The notes: generated by a model from the letters alone, not told the origin. A stretch of DNA of 64,000 nucleotides from Selaginella moellendorffii (GCF_000143415.4 NW_003314415.1:136772-200771); one strand, 5' to 3'; shown: positions 1 to 13,549, counted from the first letter of the stretch. Program-made: numbers and translations.

Positions 1-1183
1 CCGTGATCTTGTCCATCAGCCTGTGAAAGTGTCCAGTGTTTGGAAAGATGAAAAAGCCCACCGTCGCCTCCTCCAAGAACAAGAGCTCCACGTCCTTGCC
101 GGCGTTCCTCATCCCCTCCACGTACTGGAGCTGCCAGTCCTTGATCATATCCAGCCCCGCCACCGCCACCAGCGAAGGTGGCAGCACCACGCCCTCGAGG
201 CTGCGGGAGCTCGGCCCGAATATGTTGCACGCCGGATGATCCCTGTCCGCCCCGGCCGGAAGAAAGGACTGCCAGTAGAAATCCCTGTCCTTGATCGTCA
301 CAAAGTACTGCCCGTCGAATCTCAGCTCCGACTGCGTCCTCCGGTTGCCACCAAACATTGGTATAATCAGAATGTGTCCGGCCACACGTAACGGGCCGAG
401 CTCCGCCCCCGACTCCGCTGCTCGGACTCCGACATGGTGGACAATGTTTCCACCGTTGCTGTCCCCGACCAAAAAGCACCGCCCGAGATCGGCAGTCCGT
501 GGAAGCCAGGCATGCGCGACGCCGCGCAAGACTTGGACTTTGAGCCAGGTGAGCGCTGCGTAGCAGTCGTTGTAGGCGGCCGGGTACTTGTGCTCGGGAG
601 CTCGCCGGTAGTTAACCGAGATGACTACCGCCTGGCACAGCCGGGCCAGCTGCTGGCATACCGTGTGGTAGACTGCACTGTTAGCGGACATGTGCACGAA
701 GCTGCCGCCGTGGAAATAGAAGAAAATTGGCGTACCGTGCGTCGTCGAGCTTGCGTTGTTGTTGTGGCTGGCGCGGGGGATAAAAATTCGCGACCAGATG
801 CCGCTGGTGCGGTCGATGGTCACGTCCATGAAGGTCACGGGGTCGTCTTCGCGCTCCACGCTGCTCACGGGGACTTTGCGGTCGAGGAATTCGTCCAGGT
901 TGCGGTTGAAGGAGCCGTCGGAATTGCGGGTGAGGTTGTAAGCTAGCTTGAGGTTGGAGATGAGGACCCAGGTGTTGAGCGGCACAACTTCCTGAGCAAA
1001 AAACGCAAGGGGTCAGCCATTATTTCTCCCTGATCTCTGCTCTCTAGGTTGCTGGAATGAAGAAAGAATCGAGGAGCAAAGGAAAAAGAGGATTTTTATG
1101 TCTGGAGAGTAGCCTAGCGATATAGGTACCTTGGATTCTTTGAGCTGCAATTCCTCGGCGCTGCTATCCTCCTCCGGTTCCAT
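1..1183 (-). CDS. GID1: Gibberellin receptor GID1 (2 exons; 3' end runs off the window)
   Basis: Exon 1 1183-1130 (MEPEEDSSAEELQLKESK), GT-AG intron, exon 2 from 991: EVVPLNTWVLISNLKLAYNLTRNSDGSFNRNLDEFLDRKVP...FYFHGGSF...GDSNGGN...EATVGFFIFPNTGHFHRLMDKIT. GID1-type N-terminal lid, and V in place of the catalytic His. Missed by the ORF track. Confidence 0.95.
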
Positions 1184-3367
1184 ATGCTCGCTTTGAAGCA
1201 GCATGAATGCCCGAGCGCTCGGAATTCCGGCCCTCTGTGGATCGCCTTCTAAATGTAGGAATTGTGGAGCTCTTGGCGTTCGATGCTATTTCATCGAATC
1301 ACGTCAAAAAAGAGAAAGGGAAATAAAAACAGAAAAGACGCGGATAGAGTCGATAGATGCCGACAAATCCCTGCAAACGCCACCCACCACTTAGAGCTTC
1401 GCAAAATTCAACATCGAAAAGGAAGTGACCAGCAAGCACAAGCAAAGAGTGGCAAGAAAACAAGCCCAGGAAGAAGAAAGAAAAGATGCACAAGCAGCAG
1501 GGGGAGACCCTACAGAGGCGTGTCAAGAGCACTCACTAGATTTGGCGCTGAGGAGGCCCTCCTCGCCCGCACTGTGCCTGCGTCGCTGAGCCGAATTCGT
1601 TGGTCAGATCCCCGCAAAAACAAAACTTTAGGCCGTCTTCCGGAATCTCTCTCCCCGAAAAGGAGACTGGTTCCAAGCAAGAAACGTGTTGTGGCAGCCA
1701 ATTCCTGGAGGGAGGGGTATTAGTAATCCGTCGTATACTGCCGTATCCCGCGCTATCAATCCATTACATCATCGTTCCGTCCCCCACCTTCCCTGCTGCC
1801 GAAGTACACACGTCGTCTCCTGAGCTAGCTTTCAATGCCGTCTATCCCTGTCCGTGCTTATCTGCAGAGAGAGAAACGCTACCAAGCGCTGGAAGCAGCG
1901 CCTCTTCCTGCTGCTGCCGCTGCGGCTGCTGCTACTACCGCCTGTGGCCACCCTTGAAGCGCGCAACAAACGCTGAGCAAACCAAAAGGGACCTTCAAGA
2001 GTGGAACCCACGCCAACGACAAACATGCCGCCATTGGCCCTGTGCTGGCCTTTCTTGTCCGTATCGGGCGGAAATGAAGCCTCCTCCCGTCCCTTAAGCC
2101 CCCCTCTCGCTCTGGAGCTTCACTTGGCAGCATTGCGGAGCATGGAAAGTCCAGCCTGCTGCCTCGCCCATCCCCGTCTTTTATCTCAACCGGACGCTGC
2201 GAGCGCGAGGCAGCAACAAGGTCTGCATTGGATCTGGTCCAGAATCTAGTGGAGAAAAAGCCTTTTTTTTCCGCCTCCTGCGTACGTACCCGACGGCCCC
2301 CGGGCTCCAAAATAGTAGCCGTCGTGTTTGTTGTTGCCGCTACGCTAACACCACTTGTTAAGTCTTTTTTAGTCTCTCCAGATACTGCCAGTCCCGCCGA
2401 ATCACTCTGCCTGCTACTCTTGTCACCACGTCGTTTGTTTTTCTAAGGCGTGTAAGCCAAGTCAAAACCCGTGCCCTCCATCCAAAGATCGTTGTGGATT
2501 GGATTGTTGGAACCCGGCCAAATTCTAAGCTGCCCAGCTGTGAGCCACCTACACCTCCCTACTTTGCTGTGCCGAAGGAAGTGCTTTTGACCCGATAGCT
2601 TTGGGCTTGGACCCCAGTACCAACTAGCCAGGCGTCGACGAGGCTTGCTTGTTATGACGGCCACCACCTCAAAAACAAATGCCGGAAAAAGCCATGACGA
2701 CCGCGCGCTGCTGCCGACTTAAATAATCCATCCCGGCCTGCCTGCCTACCTGCAACTCTGCTTGTTTTATCCAACTCCTTGCCACGGTGTGGGTAAATTG
2801 TAATGGCGACTGCAAAAGGAGAGACTTTGTTTAAGCGCGTAGAGTAAAAAGTCTTTGCTAACCTTTCGGATTAGCGAAGAGCCCAGGCAAGCGCATATCA
2901 TGGTCTGATATGGTTTACCGTAAACTAAAGCGTTGTCGGTCGCTGTTGGTGTCCCTTGGTAAATTTTCTTTTTGCCGGGGCGACCTTTCCCGGCTCGAGC
3001 TCGCCACGAAGGAGCTGTTGTTTTGTTTCTAGTCCCCTTGGAACAGATTGGCGGTGCGCTACACGTCAAGCCCGACTTGCAATCAAGGATAGTAACATGC
3101 TACTGAAAGACAAGGCCCTTGTGGACGCTTGCTGCTCTATGAAAATACATGCCTACCTGCAGCCCCACATCGCTCACTATAGCCATTTTCTCCAGTGGAT
3201 TGGCTCCGATCGGATAACTCCCGACTGAAACTCCCAGCCTGCGGAACCAATGCAAAGAAACAAACGCTGTGAGAGCGAGGGTGAAAACAAAATGGCAGAA
3301 GAACAACAGACAAAACGGGGAAAGGTTCCATGATTGTTACATGGACCAAAATCTCATTTTCTCGTAC

Positions 3368-3370
<3 letters not shown>

Positions 3371-3404
<34 letters not shown>
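3371..3404. repeat. (TG)n microsatellite
   Basis: Perfect TG dinucleotide run. Confidence 0.95.
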
Positions 3405-3406
<2 letters not shown>

Positions 3407-5151
3407 AAGTGCCACGTTCCATCTTGGTTGTCCATCGCTTTGCTTCAACTTCACTCCAAGGAAAAAAGCTCGCTTCGTTCCCTCTTTAAATAAAAAAGAA
3501 AAAGGAAAAAGGGAAAAAAGAGAAAAAGGATCGTCACATTCTGTCAGGAAGCCACAGTCATGCTTGAATCATCATCACCCTCAATTCCGTTAAACAAGTC
3601 CCACCCGGACCTCTTTCTTTTCTTACTAAAAGAGAATGAGAAGAAGCAAGGAAGGAAGAGCATTTGGCATTGACAGACACAAACAAAAAAAAGCCCGACT
3701 TTGACACCATCAAGCAGGCCCGGACTTTACCTCAGAATCTGCGCCATTCTTCTTCTTCTCGTCCTCCCCAACGTGACAAGCAAGCACAGTGGTCAAAAGC
3801 TCACGCCCGGTCCTTTTCCTCTGCAAAGATCTACACCTAACTCGGCAGCATTAGAGCGGCCCAGCGCGCTATCAAACAAGACGATCGCGACCGAGAAAGC
3901 CCTGGCCCTAAAATTTAAAAAATTTAGGGTTCTTGAGCTGCCACGTGGATTGGAACTTAAGCACGTTTTGGTCGAATGTTTAATCTGGACTGGCCGATAG
4001 TGTGGCTTGATTTTTCTTTTCTCGTGCACTTAAGAGCGCTTCTTCATTCATAGTACGTTTTTCAAGGCTCGATTTATGTCCTGTTGGCCTGCCTGTGGTT
4101 TTAAAGCTCTTTCTTCTTTTTCTTCTTGTCTTGCTGCCCGTTTTATCCCCTGCTTTTCTCGGTTTTGGGACTTTGCTTTTGAGCTCTAACGCTAGCGGCC
4201 ACCTCGACTTATTCTCCCGAGGAAAAGTATTCCCGAGAACTAGCTGACAAGTTCACATCTCGAAGAATAACAGGTAAAACCATCGTAACAGCCATGGCTG
4301 AACTCAGCGTTTGTATCTTTCGCGACAGACGGCAGAGCTCGTTAGAAAAATCAAAACAGGAAAGAAATTTGTGTAAGCTCTTCACTTTTTTTCCTTTTGA
4401 GTTGTTTCACAAATTTCATACTGTTTGTTGAGATAAGACCTGTGGTCCCGGAAATCTTGATGGAACCTTTTCGTGTTGTAGCACTTGTATTTCTGGACCT
4501 GGAAGCTTTGGATGCTCAAGACGTACCACTTTACTGTTTCGCGCTCTTCTCTCTTCCTTGACTTGCTGCTCTTGTTTTGCAGCCGGAAACTCGGGATAGA
4601 GATGGGAAATCACCAATCGTGTAAGTGTATTTTTCTTCAATCCGTCCTCTGAGGTCTAGTTTCTCACGTTCTTTTGTGTACGTGATTTCTAGTTGGTGAT
4701 CTTAACGTTGGTTGTGGTGATGATTCAGCTTTTGATCGATCAAAGCGTGTTTTCAATTGTCACAGTCTCCGCGCTAAGGAGCCGAAAGTTACGAACAATT
4801 TGTGCAGCTATGGTGGAGAGCCAAATACCAAAGTTTGGTTGGAGTTTTCTTTGCAATAAGCACAGGCTCGCAAGGTTCTAGTTGATTTTCTTTAGATTTT
4901 TGGTCTGACTGCAACAATCATTGATCGATTCCAAGCTTAGTATCATACATTTGCTTCTTATAATTGCTCCCATGCCTTAATACACCAAATCAAGTTGCTG
5001 GAGAGCAGGAATCCTGTTTTTCGCTTCCACGTAAGTTCGTCTCTGATTGCTCTGCCTTTCCAGAGAATTCTATCTTGCTGGAAAACATTCCACAAACACT
5101 TTCAAAAGCAAGACTCGAGCTTCTTTCATTACAATATTGCTATTATCTGAA

Positions 5152-6174
5152 TCATCCGCCGGTAACGTCAGTCTCAGTGACCGAAACACCAGTGTACGTA
5201 CCAGTCTGGGGGAAACTAAAGCTTTCGCCTGTGTCAAGCTTGACAACCATGACACCCGAGTATGGCACGTTGATCTTACCAGAGTAAGTTACTGCCTGGA
5301 TGTTAACTGACGCCCCCGGTGCCAGCGTATTTCCCTCGGATCACTCGAGGTTTTTGGTGCCGGAATGCTCAACCGTGTTGGTGGACTGCTCGCTCTCTTG
5401 CCACTGATAAGAGCTCTCGGTCTTGAAAATGTCGAGGATGCTGGCATTCACAGTGACGGTTTGGGAAGTGGTGAGGCCTTCGGCCTGAGACCACGAGTAG
5501 GAGATGGTCATATCTTTACTTCCATCGATCTTCCACTGAACAGGAACTTCACTGTTGTTGCTGCATTTCAGGGTGTCCAGTGTCTCTGGAACGATGCTTC
5601 CCAATGCAGAGATGTTGTAGTAGCGTACGTCTTGGAGCTGGCAAGAGACCAGCGGCAGGAGAAACGCAAAGCCCCGTGCGTTTAGGTCGTCACCGGCACG
5701 GATGTCGGCTCCCACCAGGATCCCGGAGTAGACATTGATCACCGTGGCGCTTCCACCTTGGTATCCATGCTGGAAAGTATTGCCGAGGCTTGTGGTAAAC
5801 ATGATAGCACTGGCGCGATCACCTGGTCGTCCAAAAGCACGAGCCAAGGTATAATGCATACCAAGAAGAGGTGATAGAGCAAGCTTACCAACGTGATCCC
5901 ATTCGCCAAGCCAGAGGGACATGGACGTGATGAGCTCCCCGGGCTGGAAAGTGTAGGTGGACGAGCTTCCAGCGGGGCTGCCATAGAGGTGGCATTGATT
6001 GTCCGTCTCACCCGTCTGCCACAACTTGACAGCTTTGGTTCTGTTACCATAGTCCCACACTTGGATCTGGCGGATGACCTTCCCGCTAGTCCAGGCTTCA
6101 AGCTGATAGTCAGTGCCACCCGAGGTGTTTCCCACAACTTGGACGGTGCCAATGACGGGGCTGGAGAGTGTCAT
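5152..6174 (-). pseudogene. Jacalin-like lectin + aerolysin-type beta-pore-forming protein (natterin/Dln1-like), copy A; in-frame TGA at 5341-5343
   Basis: MTLSSPVIGTVQVVGNTSGG...YTFQPGELITSMSLW...GFAFL lectin part, then Ser/Thr-rich SYSWSQ..TVTVNASI..YQW. The frame continues past TGA as SEGNTLAPGASVNIQAVTYSGKINVPYSGVM...TGTYTGVSVT..GG*. One 66-nt intron. Confidence 0.85.
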
Positions 6175-6516
6175 GAGCAAAAGGATGAATGCAAGGGAGT
6201 TCTAGGAGAGATGCTTTGGTGATGATGATCTAGAATGGACCTAGATTTATATTGTCCTCGACTTGGTGCTTGAGTCAACCATCGCTGGATTGTTGATCGT
6301 ACTCCATGTGCGCGTGATTTTCGATCTCTGAATGAAAGAGTTTCTTACGCTGTTGCTGTTCAACGTAATCTGCATCGACAACAGGTCCTGATTATCACAG
6401 AATAAACAAACACCAAAAAACTACGGTCGTGATGAACGCGCTGCACTTGAACGTAAAAAATCTGCCAGCAAGATGCAACAAGATTAAAAACATTTCTCGT
6501 TTTAATCATGTGAAAT

Positions 6517-6902
6517 TTTTCTAAGAGGTTTATATGTGTTTGTAAACGTCAGGATGCAGATTTGAGTCCTCGAGAACTGATATTTAGTCCTAATTAACAC
6601 AGAATAAACAAATCTCGAAAGCAATCTAGACAGTACATACAGGTTTCTCTTGGTGAACGCGCTGCATTACAAAATTCTGACTACGAGCTGCATCCTGATT
6701 TTGTTGACGTTAAGAGGTTTATCAGTGCTCCGCCGTTGGATCGGGGGCATCCGACGTACCGTTTAACATTTGGTTATGAACAAGAACAAGACATTGGAGC
6801 CTCCAAAAAATATAGCGATTTGTTCAAACGTCAACAAAATCGATGTCGTGGTCAAATCTCCATCCTGACGTTTACATTAACACATATAAACCTCTTAGAA
6901 AA
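6517..6902. repeat. Fold-back/MITE-like segment with ~50-bp inverted ends
   Basis: 6517-6565 TTTTCTAAGAGGTTTATATGTGTT-TGTAAACGTCAGGATGCAGATTTGA is the near-perfect reverse complement of 6852-6902. Confidence 0.75.
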
Positions 6903-6958
6903 CTTATAGGAAATATAATGTGATAATAAGTTCAACCTTTTAATGTTTTTGTTCCGCT

Positions 6959-8400
6959 ATGGTTCTTGTGGGAGCGGCGCTCGAGGCTTTGGATTTCAAG
7001 ACGCGGCGACCAAGGTACCACTTTGCTCAGATTTGCGAAGCGATTGCGTGTTTTTTTTACCACTTCACTTGCTTTGTAAGTTGTAGTTGGCTTGGCTCTT
7101 GGGTCATCCCACTTTGGTAGCTGATGCTTTAAAGGCATCGCCGGCGATAGAGATCAAACAGTCCAGCACTCCGCGTTTCGTGTGTGTTTTGCAAAAGGAA
7201 TTCGCGACCGCTATTCCAGCGCTTGTGGATGTAAGATCGATTTGGATACAAGCTTGGTTGCAACTCACTCATGTTCTTCCCTCTCTCTTTTTGTCTTGCA
7301 GTTTGTTGGCACAGATGATGCAACAACTTGTGTGGGAGTGCAAATCCGGACTGTAAGGATGCTCCAAGTTGGTGTGTTACGCTTCTGATGGCTTTGCGGA
7401 ACAAGCATCGGGCATTTGGACTTTGCAGGCTGCGTGAAAGAAGGCCTCGTCCAAATGCTTTCTTCGCTTTTTCCGGACAAGGACACCATCCTCGAGGTGT
7501 TGTTCTTGATTTTTTTTTCTTTCTATTTCCCCTGGTTTGTGAGTTGATTTCTACTGCTTGCCTTCTACACAGGTCCATATGGCTGGTGCTTACGATGACT
7601 CCATCGAGATGGGGCTCCGAGAAGATGAGATGGGACACTCTTGGCCTCTGTGCCTAGAACTTGTCGAGGAGTTGCAAGCTCTGCTTACAAGCTGGAAATC
7701 CGGACGCTTTGCATTCTCCGGCATAACACTGTCACAAGCGATGGGGGTTATCCTTGTCCTGCTGTGAGAGGCTTCGCGGTGAGCAAAGGTTCCATAGCTT
7801 TTTCGTTCTCTCTCTCTCTTTCTTTTATCAGTTCTCCTGGTTTCGCAGATCGAAACAAAATCTGGACGCTGTTTTCCAGCGAGCTTTTCAGCTGACGCCA
7901 GGGGTCCGGACGAAATCATTCGAGCACTCTTGATGCTGGCGGGGCCGGCAACCAGGCTCCGCCTCCCGTATGACACCGAGTCGGACACTTTCTCGATCAA
8001 ACCATTCCAGTGGTATCAAGTCTTCTTTCACCACGGTTTCCATCTTTTCTTCATGGTTTCTTTCTACCTTTCCAGGAGCCGAGGATGGAAAATGCTCGCA
8101 GCGCAGTCGCTAGCTCTGTCTGATGCCGAGCTACTCCAGACTCGATCAACGTCTCCACACGCAGAGAGCCCGAGCTTCGTCACCTCCATCAGAAGGTAGT
8201 GCAAGAGCTCCTTTCCTTTACATGCATCTTTACCACCTTTCAGGATGGACACTTATATTTACAACCATCCCGACTGGGAACACGCATTTCCAAACCGAGA
8301 GAGCCGAAGGTTAGTAAGAGATCCTGGAACTGGGAGATGGATGCGAGCGGAAGACCCAAACTCAAGAAGAGTTGCGAGCACAGCCAAAGCTTTATGGGAG
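6959..8400 (+). pseudogene. NTAN1: NTAN1 pseudogene (duplicate of 15409-16910)
   Basis: Colinear with the intact copy, but has a 14-nt deletion in the TTCVG exon, an AG>GG acceptor change, a 1-nt deletion near 7685 and a lost stop codon. Confidence 0.85.
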
Positions 8401-8455
8401 CTCTCGCTTTGAAAACCACAGGCTCTTCGTCACCACATCCCGAGAGAGAGCTTTG

Positions 8456-8795
8456 CTACGACAGATTCTCAAGCGAGGCAATCCACGAAGAGAGTCTCGC
8501 GTTTACTTGCACTGGTATCTCGTCGTGAGGACAGTGTCCGGCTTGGAGCTTCATGAGCGTTGCGTCGTTGTAAAGAGCTTGGATCTTGTCAGCTTTAGAA
8601 GACGGGGCCAGTGGATCCGACTCTCCCCACAGTACTAGCAGTGGACAATCCAAATCTCGCAAAAGTTTCTCCAGGGATAAATCAGATGGCTGGAACAAGA
8701 AGCGAGAGATCATCCTGTTCCAAGAAAAAAAAGCCATTCTTTTCGTAGTTTTTCATTTCTTTCCCTTCTACGAACCTGTAAAACACCACTGCTGA
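8456..8795 (-). pseudogene. 3' fragment of the alpha/beta hydrolase gene (duplication remnant)
   Basis: Near-identical to 16966-17308 (PLLVLWGESDPLAP...AGHCPHDE); truncated at the duplication junction. Confidence 0.85.
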
Positions 8796-8904
8796 GCAGC
8801 AAGGAAGGAACCAACAAAAAAAAGCCTGACTTTGACACCATCAAGCAAACTTGGACTTTACCTCAGAATCTGTGGCATTTTTCTTCTTCTCACCCGCCTC
8901 AACA

Positions 8905-11198
8905 AAGGAGCTGGGTGTTGGAAATGTAATTATTGTGGAAAAATGTATTGCGGTCCGCTAAAATGAATTAAAACGCATCTTGCTAAATTTTTTGGGTATA
9001 ACATTGAAGCATGTAATGCTTTAAATGTTCCTCTTCATGTTCAGAATCAAACTCGCTAAATGTTTGTGGATTAATATTAACATAGTGGGATTTTAATAGA
9101 CATTAAATTAGTTTCAATCTAGACCTTTCATATAATTTATGCCCTTTTGTCTTTACCTTTTACAACAAATCTACAGAATAGGCATTTTGATAGAGCATCT
9201 GCTTCTAGAGTTGGCACACAAAGTGCTAGTCAATCTTAGCCTATGAGTGCTTTTATAGGCTAGGGATCATTTGTTAGTCGAAAGCGAATGTAAGATGGCA
9301 ACATTGGAGAAATGCTTGATGATGTAAAAAACATGAATTTAGATGATGTGATATTAAAGTTCATTTTCTTGAATGCCATACTATTTAATGTTGTGAAAAG
9401 CCTATATTTTCGTGCAATGATCACAACCACTTGTAATGCCGGACATAATGCTGCATCGAGGATTCTTGGTTACAATAAAGTTTGTATTACTCAGTTCACT
9501 TGTCACTATACTCTAATCAAAGAGAAGTTAATTCCCTTTCATGATGGATGGACTCAATTTAAATGTACAATAGTGACTGATGGATGGTTTGATATAAAAA
9601 AACAGATCATTCATAAATTTCATAGTTACCTCTATCTATGGCTCAATATTTTGGCAGGGTGTTGACACCAAAGGGAAGAAAAGATTGGTCTTTGGCTTTG
9701 GGAGCAATTTAGACCCATTATTTTGGATGTTGGTATTGAAAATGTTCTTCAAGTCATTATTGATAGTATTTTGAATTGTGTATTAATGGGGGAACATATG
9801 AGAGAAGAATTCCCCTTTATCTTACACAATCAATGCATGTGCTGTGTTTTGGACTTGTTATTGGAGGATATTGGGAAGTTTGATTGAGTGTCTAAAATTA
9901 TAAATGACTGTGAGAAGATCGTGAAGTTCATAATTGAGAAGCTAATATTACTTGCTTTATTTTGAAAGTTTTGCTCTAGAGAACTCATGAAGCCTGCAAA
10001 CACTTGATTCGCTTACATCTTTTTTATAGTCAGCTAGCTCCAACATGAAAATGTTTTGCCATGCTTTCGACGATTCAAAGTGAGTGTAGAATTTGAATTG
10101 TCGAAATGGTATAACACAAAGGATGCTAAGAATGTTCGTACAACAACTTTCAATGATGAATTTTAGAAGAACACTTTTACTTTATTGGTCATGGTAACTC
10201 TTATTTTGAAGGTGTTATGTCTTGTAGATCGTAAGGGTGCAATAACAAGATTAATTTATGAAGCAATGTATTGTATAATTAAAGGATTAGAGCTTATAGC
10301 TCAAATGGCAAGCTTGATGCGGATAAAATTAATGCAATTAAGTGTATTTTGATTGAAGATTAACATAGACAAAAAGCTCGATGGTTTATGATGCATAGCT
10401 ATATGCACAATGCTACACATGCTTTGAATCTTTCATACCTTGAGCAAGACTTAAATGCTGAGGTAAGAAGCGATTGAATAGATTATTTATCACTCTATTG
10501 CTGTAAGGACACTCAATTGGAAGAAAAGTTAGATAAGTAATTCAATATGTTTCGACAAGGAAATGGAAGAGCTATCAATTAAGATTTGCTGAAGAGCAAA
10601 GCAAAAAGGAAATTCCTAGTGTCTTGGTGAGAATCCTATGGATATGAGATACATGAGCTCAGGAAGTTAGCATTTTGTGTGTTGAGCCAAAGAGTGTGCT
10701 CTTTTCCATGTGAGCAAAATTGGAATAGTTGGAACTTGATCCAAACCAAATAATATAATCACGTACTTCCAGAGAACTTGAAAAAGTTAGTTTATGTACA
10801 TAATAACACAAGAGTGGTGGATCGTATTGAAAGTGAAGGAATAAAATTCTTAAAAGATCAATCTCGACACAATTACAATCAAACCACAATGGATAAAGAT
10901 TGTAGAGTGAATCTCTTAGTATAGAAGATTTAGCCGAAGAAAATTTTCCAAATGAGGATGTGATTGTTAAAGTAGATGCCAGAGATGTTAAAGAACTTGC
11001 CGAAGATGTTGAAGAAGATAAGTAATAGTTGATTTGGTTTAATGCTTTGGTTTTCTTACTTTTATTAGTGTGGTTTTACTAAAAATGTTTTTTTTTAAAT
11101 AAAAAAATTTATGAACTGTTCTGCCGTTTAGCATTTTTACGGCCGGTCGATAACCACTGTTAACCAATCGGTCGGTCAATCAGTGTTCGGAACAATTG
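8905..11198 (+). mobile_element. Decayed hAT-family DNA transposon inserted in duplication unit 2
   Basis: AT-rich insert absent from unit 1. Broken frames show WKCNYCGK (BED-like zinc finger), CTIVTDGW, VGIENVLQVI and DLLLEDIGK (DUF659-type) motifs and C-terminal dimerisation-like remnants; many stops. Confidence 0.8.
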
Positions 11199-12526
11199 GG
11201 ACTAACCTTGCACCCCAGCGTGACAAACAAGCATAGTGGTCAAAAGCTCATGCCCAGTCTTTTTCCTCTGCAAAGATTTATACTGGCCAGCATTAGAGTG
11301 GCCCAGCGCAATCAGAAAGCCCTGGCCCTAAAATTTAAAAAATTTAGGAATCTTGAGCTGCCACGTGGATTGGTTCTTTTGGTCAAATGTTTAATCTGGA
11401 CTGGCCGATAGTGTGGCTTGCTTTTTCTTTTCTCATGCACTTGAGAGCGCTTCTTCAGTCATAGTACGTTTGTCAAAGCTCGATTTATGTTCTGTTGGCC
11501 TGCCGTTGGTTTTTAAGCTCTTTCTTCTTTTCTTCTTGTCTTGCTCTGCTTTTCTCGGTTTTGGGACTTTGCTTTTGATAGCGCCACCTCGACTTATTCT
11601 CCCGAGGAAAAGTATTCCCGAGAACTAGCTGACAAGTTCTCATCTCGAAGAATAAAAGGTAAAACCATCGTAAGAGCCATGGCTGAAATCACACTGCGTT
11701 TGTATCTTTCCTGACAGAGGGCAGAGCTCGTTCGAAAAATCAAAACAGGAAAGAAATTTGTGTAAGCTCTTCACTTGATTTCCTTTTGACTTGTCTCACA
11801 AATTTCATATTGTTTATTGAGACAAGACCTGTGGTCCCGGAAATCTTACCTTTTCGTGTTGTAGCACTTGTATTTCTGGACCTGGAAGCTTTGGATGCTC
11901 AAGACGTACCACTTTACCGTTTCGCGCTCTTCTCTCTTCCTTGACTTGCTGCTCTTGTTTTGCAGCCGGAAACTCGGGATAGAGATGAATCGTGCAAGTG
12001 TATTTTTCTTCAATCCGTCCTCTGAGGTCGAGTTTCTTACGTTCTTTTGTGTACGTGATTTCTAGTTGGTGATCTTAACGTTGGTTGTGGTGATGATTCA
12101 GCTTTTGATCGATCAAAGCGTGTTTTCAATTGTCACAGTCTCCACGCTAAGGAGCCGAAAGTTACGAACGATTTGTGCAGCTATGGTGGAGAGCCAAATA
12201 CCAAAGTTTCGTTGGAGTTTTCTTTGCAATAAGCACAGGCTCGCAAGGTTCTAGTTGAATTTTTTTTATTTTTTTTGGTCTGGCTGCAACAATCATTGAT
12301 CGATTCCAAGCTTAGTATCATACATTTGCTTCTTATAATTGCTCCTATGCCTTATACACCAAATCAAGTTGCTGGAAAGCAGGAATCCTGTTTTTTGCTT
12401 CCACGTAAGTTCGTCTCTGATTGCTTCTGCCTTTCCAGAGAATTCTATCTTGCTGGAAAACATTCCACAAACACTTTCAAAAGCAAGACTCGAGCTTCTT
12501 TCATTACAATATTGCTATTATCTGAA

Positions 12527-13549
12527 TCATCCGCCGGTAACGTCAGTCTCAGCGACCGAAACACCAGTGTACGTACCAGTCTGGGGGAAACTAAAGCTTT
12601 CGCCTGTGTCAAGCTTGACAACCATGACACCCGAGTATGGCACGTTGATCTTACCAGAGTAAGTTACTGCCTGGATGTTAACTGACGCCCCCGGTGCCAG
12701 CGTATTTTCCTCGGATCACTCGAGGTTTTTGGTGCCGGAATACTCAACCGTGTTGGTGGACTGCTCGCTCTCTTGCCACTGATAAGAGCTCTCGGTCTTG
12801 AAAATGTCGAGGATGCTGGCATTCACAGTGACGGTCTGGGAAGTGGTGAGGCCTTCGGCCTGAGACCACGAGTAGGAGATGGTCATATCTTTACTTCCAT
12901 CAAGCTTCTACTGAACAGGAACTTCACTGTTGTTGCTGCATTTCAAGGTGTCCAGTGTCTCTGGAACGATGCTTCCCAATGCAGAGATGTTGTAGTAGCG
13001 TACGTCTTGGAGCTGGCAAGAGATCAGCGGCAGGAGAAACGCAAAGCCCCATGCGTTTAGGTCGTCACCGGCACGGATGTCGGCTCCCACCAGGATCCCG
13101 GAGTAGACATTGATCACCGTGGCGCTTCCACCTTGGTATCCATGCTGGAAAGTATTGCCGAGGCTTGTGGTAAACATGATAGCACCGGCGCGATCACCTG
13201 GTCGTCCAAAAGCACGAGCCAAGGTATAATGCATACCAAGAAGAGGTGATAGAGCAAGCTTACCAACGTGATCCCATTCGCCAAGCCAGAGGGACATGGA
13301 CGTGATGAGCTCCCCGGGCTGGAAAGTGTAGGTGTACGAGCTTCCAGCGGGGCTGCCATAGAGGTGGCCTTGATTGTCCGTCTCACCCGTCTGCCACAAC
13401 TTGACAGCTTTGGTTTTGTTACCATCGTCCCATACTTGGATCTGGCGGATGACCTTCCTGCTAGTCCAGGCTTCAAGCTGATAGTTGGTGCCACCCGAGG
13501 TGTTTCCCACAACTTGGACGGTGCCAATGACGGGGCTGGAGAGTGTCAT
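12527..13549 (-). pseudogene. Jacalin-aerolysin protein, copy B; TAG at 12908-12910 and TGA at 12716-12718
   Basis: Near-identical to copy A over its full length; both stops fall at Trp positions. Confidence 0.85.

Larger units (their letters stand above)
3645..8795 (+). repeat. Tandem segmental duplication, unit 1 (degenerate copy of 8796-17308)
   Basis: 3645-6360 matches 8796-8900 plus 11205-13745; 6909-8795 matches 15334-17308. The junction at ~8795 joins hydrolase exon sequence to the unit start. Confidence 0.9.

Noticed and set aside
23-946. + strand ORFs listed over GID1
   Set aside because: Antisense shadows of a GC-rich coding exon.
1200-3600. ORFs and CAG/CTG-rich tracts upstream of GID1
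   Set aside because: No recognisable protein; most likely 5' UTR and promoter sequence.
3900-5000. Possible gene or snoRNA in the duplicated block (telo-box-like site, TGATGA motif, short match to NTAN1 exon 1)
   Set aside because: No coherent spliced ORF, the candidate D box is not kept in the second copy, and no recognisable guide sequence.
5341-12910. A-to-I editing or programmed read-through repairing TGA/TAG to Trp in toxin copies A and B
   Set aside because: Trp codons become stops by single transitions; nuclear mRNA A-to-I editing is not established in plants; the context TGA-TCC is not a known read-through signal; copy C is frameshifted anyway.
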